A DNA stretch of 64,000 nucleotides from Eledone cirrhosa. Lineage: Eukaryota. The translations under genes were made by a program, and so were the position numbers. Below, piece after piece: positions 61,265-64,000 of this stretch. Location of the stretch: assembly GCA_964016885.1 (NCBI GenBank), contig OZ024752.1, positions 21,018,001 through 21,082,000 of the forward strand, in the 5' to 3' direction. The notes under the pieces were generated by a model that saw only the letters and a program-made list of their open reading frames with translations, did no database searches and had not been told where the DNA came from. Numbering within the stretch: the first letter of the stretch is position 1; the number at the start of each line of letters is the position of its first letter.

Positions 61265-64000
61265 ATGCTTCAGCTTCGGCTTGTACCCTTGGGAAGTGAG
61301 GTCATCTGTATTACTGCATGACGCCAGAAGTCATGGTCGTGTGTCATCACCCTTAAGTGGTGCAACTGGGTAAGGTCGGCTTTTATCACCTCAACCCAGG
61401 TCTTCTTGGGTCTCCCAACTCTGCGGCTTCCATCGACTTCTAGTGCTCTGCACCTTTTTATGCAGCTGTCATCCTTCATACGCATCACATGTCCATACCA
61501 ACGCAAACTCCTCTCCTGCACACAGCATTTGATTCCTCTTATGCTCAGTCTCTCTCTCAATTCATTTATGCTTTGCCGTTCGCATATATTACTATTACAC
61601 ATCCATCGGAGAATGCAGGCTTTGTTTTTTCTAATCTATTCAAGTCTTCCACAGGCAGCGCCCAAGTCTCACTACCATGTAACATTGCTGTTCGTATGTA
61701 CGCATCATACAGTCTGCCTTTCATTTTGAGGGAAAAGCCTTTTGCAGCTAGCAGTGGCAGTAGCTCCCTGAACTTCTTCCATCCCGTTCTTAGCCTAGTT
61801 ATTGTACTTTCTGAACGCCCACCTCCGCTGCTAATTCGGCCACCTAGGTAGCAGAAGCTGTCTACTGTTTCTACAGAGCCCTCCCAGAGTTTGGTGGTGC
61901 TTGTTTCATGTGGCCGTTTTCTGCTTGCTGTCCCAGCGCAGTTGCTACATGTGAAGCCTACATTCTTAGTTAAGCTTCCTGAGATCCCACTACATCTCTT
62001 GTGTACCCATTGTTTGCATTTGGGGCAGAGGATGGGGTTCCTACCTACATCTTTCCTACATACTGAGCAAGGCCATTTCCCTGAGGGGATCTGGGTTCTG
62101 TTTTCTCGTCTACTTATAAGGACCTTAGTCTTTGTCAGGTTGACTTTGAGACCCTTTCTTTCTAGTCCCTGCTTCCATGTTTGGAATTTCTTCTCTAGTT
62201 CCACCACAGATTCAGCTATAAGTGCGAGATCATCCGCATATAGGAGTTCCCATGGGCATCTGGTCTTAAACTCCTCCGTTATTGCCTGCAAAACTATAAT
62301 GAACAGGAGAGGGACTGACCTGTATGCTAAATTCCTCACTATATTCATTGCTAACTCTAACTTTGCTGACTGCTCCTCTATACATGGCTTGTACAGCTTT
62401 CACAAGCCATTCATCTACTCCTAATTTTCTAAGAGCCCACCAGATTATAGCACGGGGGACTCTGTCGAAGGCTTTTTCCAGATCAACGAATGCCAGGTAG
62501 AGCGGCTTACTTTTAACTAGGTACTTTTCCTGTAACTGCCTCACAAGGAAGAGGGCATCAGTGGTGCCTTTTCCTGGCACAAACCCAAATTGCATCTCAT
62601 CTAGTTTTACCCGGTCCCTAATCAACTGTGCTATAACTCTTTCCGTTACTTTCATAACCTGCAGCCTAATACCTCTATAGTTTCCTCTATCTAGTGCATC
62701 ACCTTTACCCTTGTAGCAGTTGAGAATGATGATGCTGCAGCAGCAATCCTTTGGTATGACACCCTCTAGTATTACCTGGTTAACAATACGTGTGGTTATG
62801 GTGTGACCTACCGACCCAGATGCCTTCAGCACCTTGACAGCCCGATGGACCAGTTGCCTTCCCCGTCTTCATATCTTTGATTGCCTTACTATGCTGCTGC
62901 TGACTTGTACTGCTGGCCCCTCTATAGGGTCCACTTGGGGTAGGGTCTCTTTTTCCCATGAATTCTCCTCATTTAGTAATCTTTCATAATGGCTCTTTCA
63001 CGCATCTTTCTTCTCAGCACTTATGAGGGCAAGCTCACCTTTATCATTCCGGATACACTTCTCTCCAATGACATCATAATTCTCTCTGCCACACTGCCTC
63101 AAAATCTTGAACACCTCCTGTTTCTGGTCCTCACGTTGCAAAACATGCTTGAATTTTCTATCCTCTGCTTCCCTTCTAGCTAAGTATACTTGTCGGCTAG
63201 TTTCCCCCCTGGTCTCTATGTAATTTACCCTACTTCCCTCGTTCTTCCATTCTTTCCATGCCTGTCTCTTAGCCTTAACTGCCTCATCTACCTTATCATT
63301 CGACCACCAAGTCACTCTCCTCCTCCCTGTGGTCTTTCTCCAACCACAGATCTCGTCCATTGCCTTTAGTAAGTTATTTTTTAGGAACTCCCAGTGCTCT
63401 TCTACATTGAATGTCTTTATCTGTTCTTCTTTACTGCCATAGGCGTCGAGTAAAATATCTTTAAATCTGTTACTGGCTGAGGGGTCTTTCAGCTTCCAGA
63501 TCTTTCTTCTCCAGGTTGCCTTCTGTTCGTCTAGTTTTGACAGTGAGGTCACTGACAACTAAGTTATGTTGGGAGGTACATTCCTCACCAGGGAAGGCGT
63601 TTGTGTTTACAACCGTCCATCTATTACACCCTCTGATGAGGATAAAATCTATCTGACTAGAATGCTTCCCTGATCTATAGGTGATCAGATGGTTGTCGGG
63701 TTTTTTGAAGTGTGTGTTACATATCGACATGTCATTGGCGTTGCAGAATTCCAGAAGCCTTAAGCCTTCTTCATTTCTTGTGCCAAACCCATGGCCTCCA
63801 TGGACTCTATAGAAGCTGTTACGGTGTTTACCAACGTGTCCGTTAAAATCTTCTGCAATGATTAGGAAGTCATTGTTGTTTGTTAGGACAGTAGTGTGCA
63901 TTAGGGACTCGTAAAACCTATCCTTAAGTTCGTCTGGCAACCCCAATTGGGGTGTGTAAGCTGATATTATTGTGGCAATTGTTTTATTCAGGACTAGTCT
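61265..64000 (-). mobile_element. RTE APE-RT-PHD LINE, continues beyond the window, lacks its 3' UTR
   Basis: ORFs 63470-63946, 62998-63558, 62266-62832, 61566-62348 and 61270-61602. Confidence 0.92.

Overview
Gene-free, AT-rich eukaryotic (animal) repeat region. The SINE families and the RTE/Penelope content with very long (TA)n tracts suggest a cephalopod such as Octopus; this is an inference. The window is a mosaic of mostly decayed transposons separated by (TA)n, (CA)n and (AAT)n microsatellites: about 8 RTE-clade LINE copies with a PHD finger inside the RT, two near-identical inverted RTE copies with three C-terminal C2H2 fingers, six Penelope-like elements (four Naiad-type, two Neptune-type), two Tx1/L1 fragments, CR1, CRE and R4/Dong fragments, a DD37D (maT) Tc1/mariner, tRNA-derived SINEs and a possible Helitron-type end. 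The (IY)n/(YI)n ORFs are microsatellite artefacts. Main observations: (1) one Naiad copy has an in-frame UGA at a conserved Cys of its CxC-x5-C motif and a SECIS-like hairpin at the ORF end, making it a candidate selenoprotein retroelement; (2) about 16 hammerhead-ribozyme motifs with palindromic or near-palindromic stem III, including ~100-nt stem II forms, core variants, a back-to-back pair and a non-coding ribozyme-bounded element; (3) unrelated element classes converge on (TA)n and (AAT)n landing sites. All structures were folded by eye, and element boundaries are approximate.
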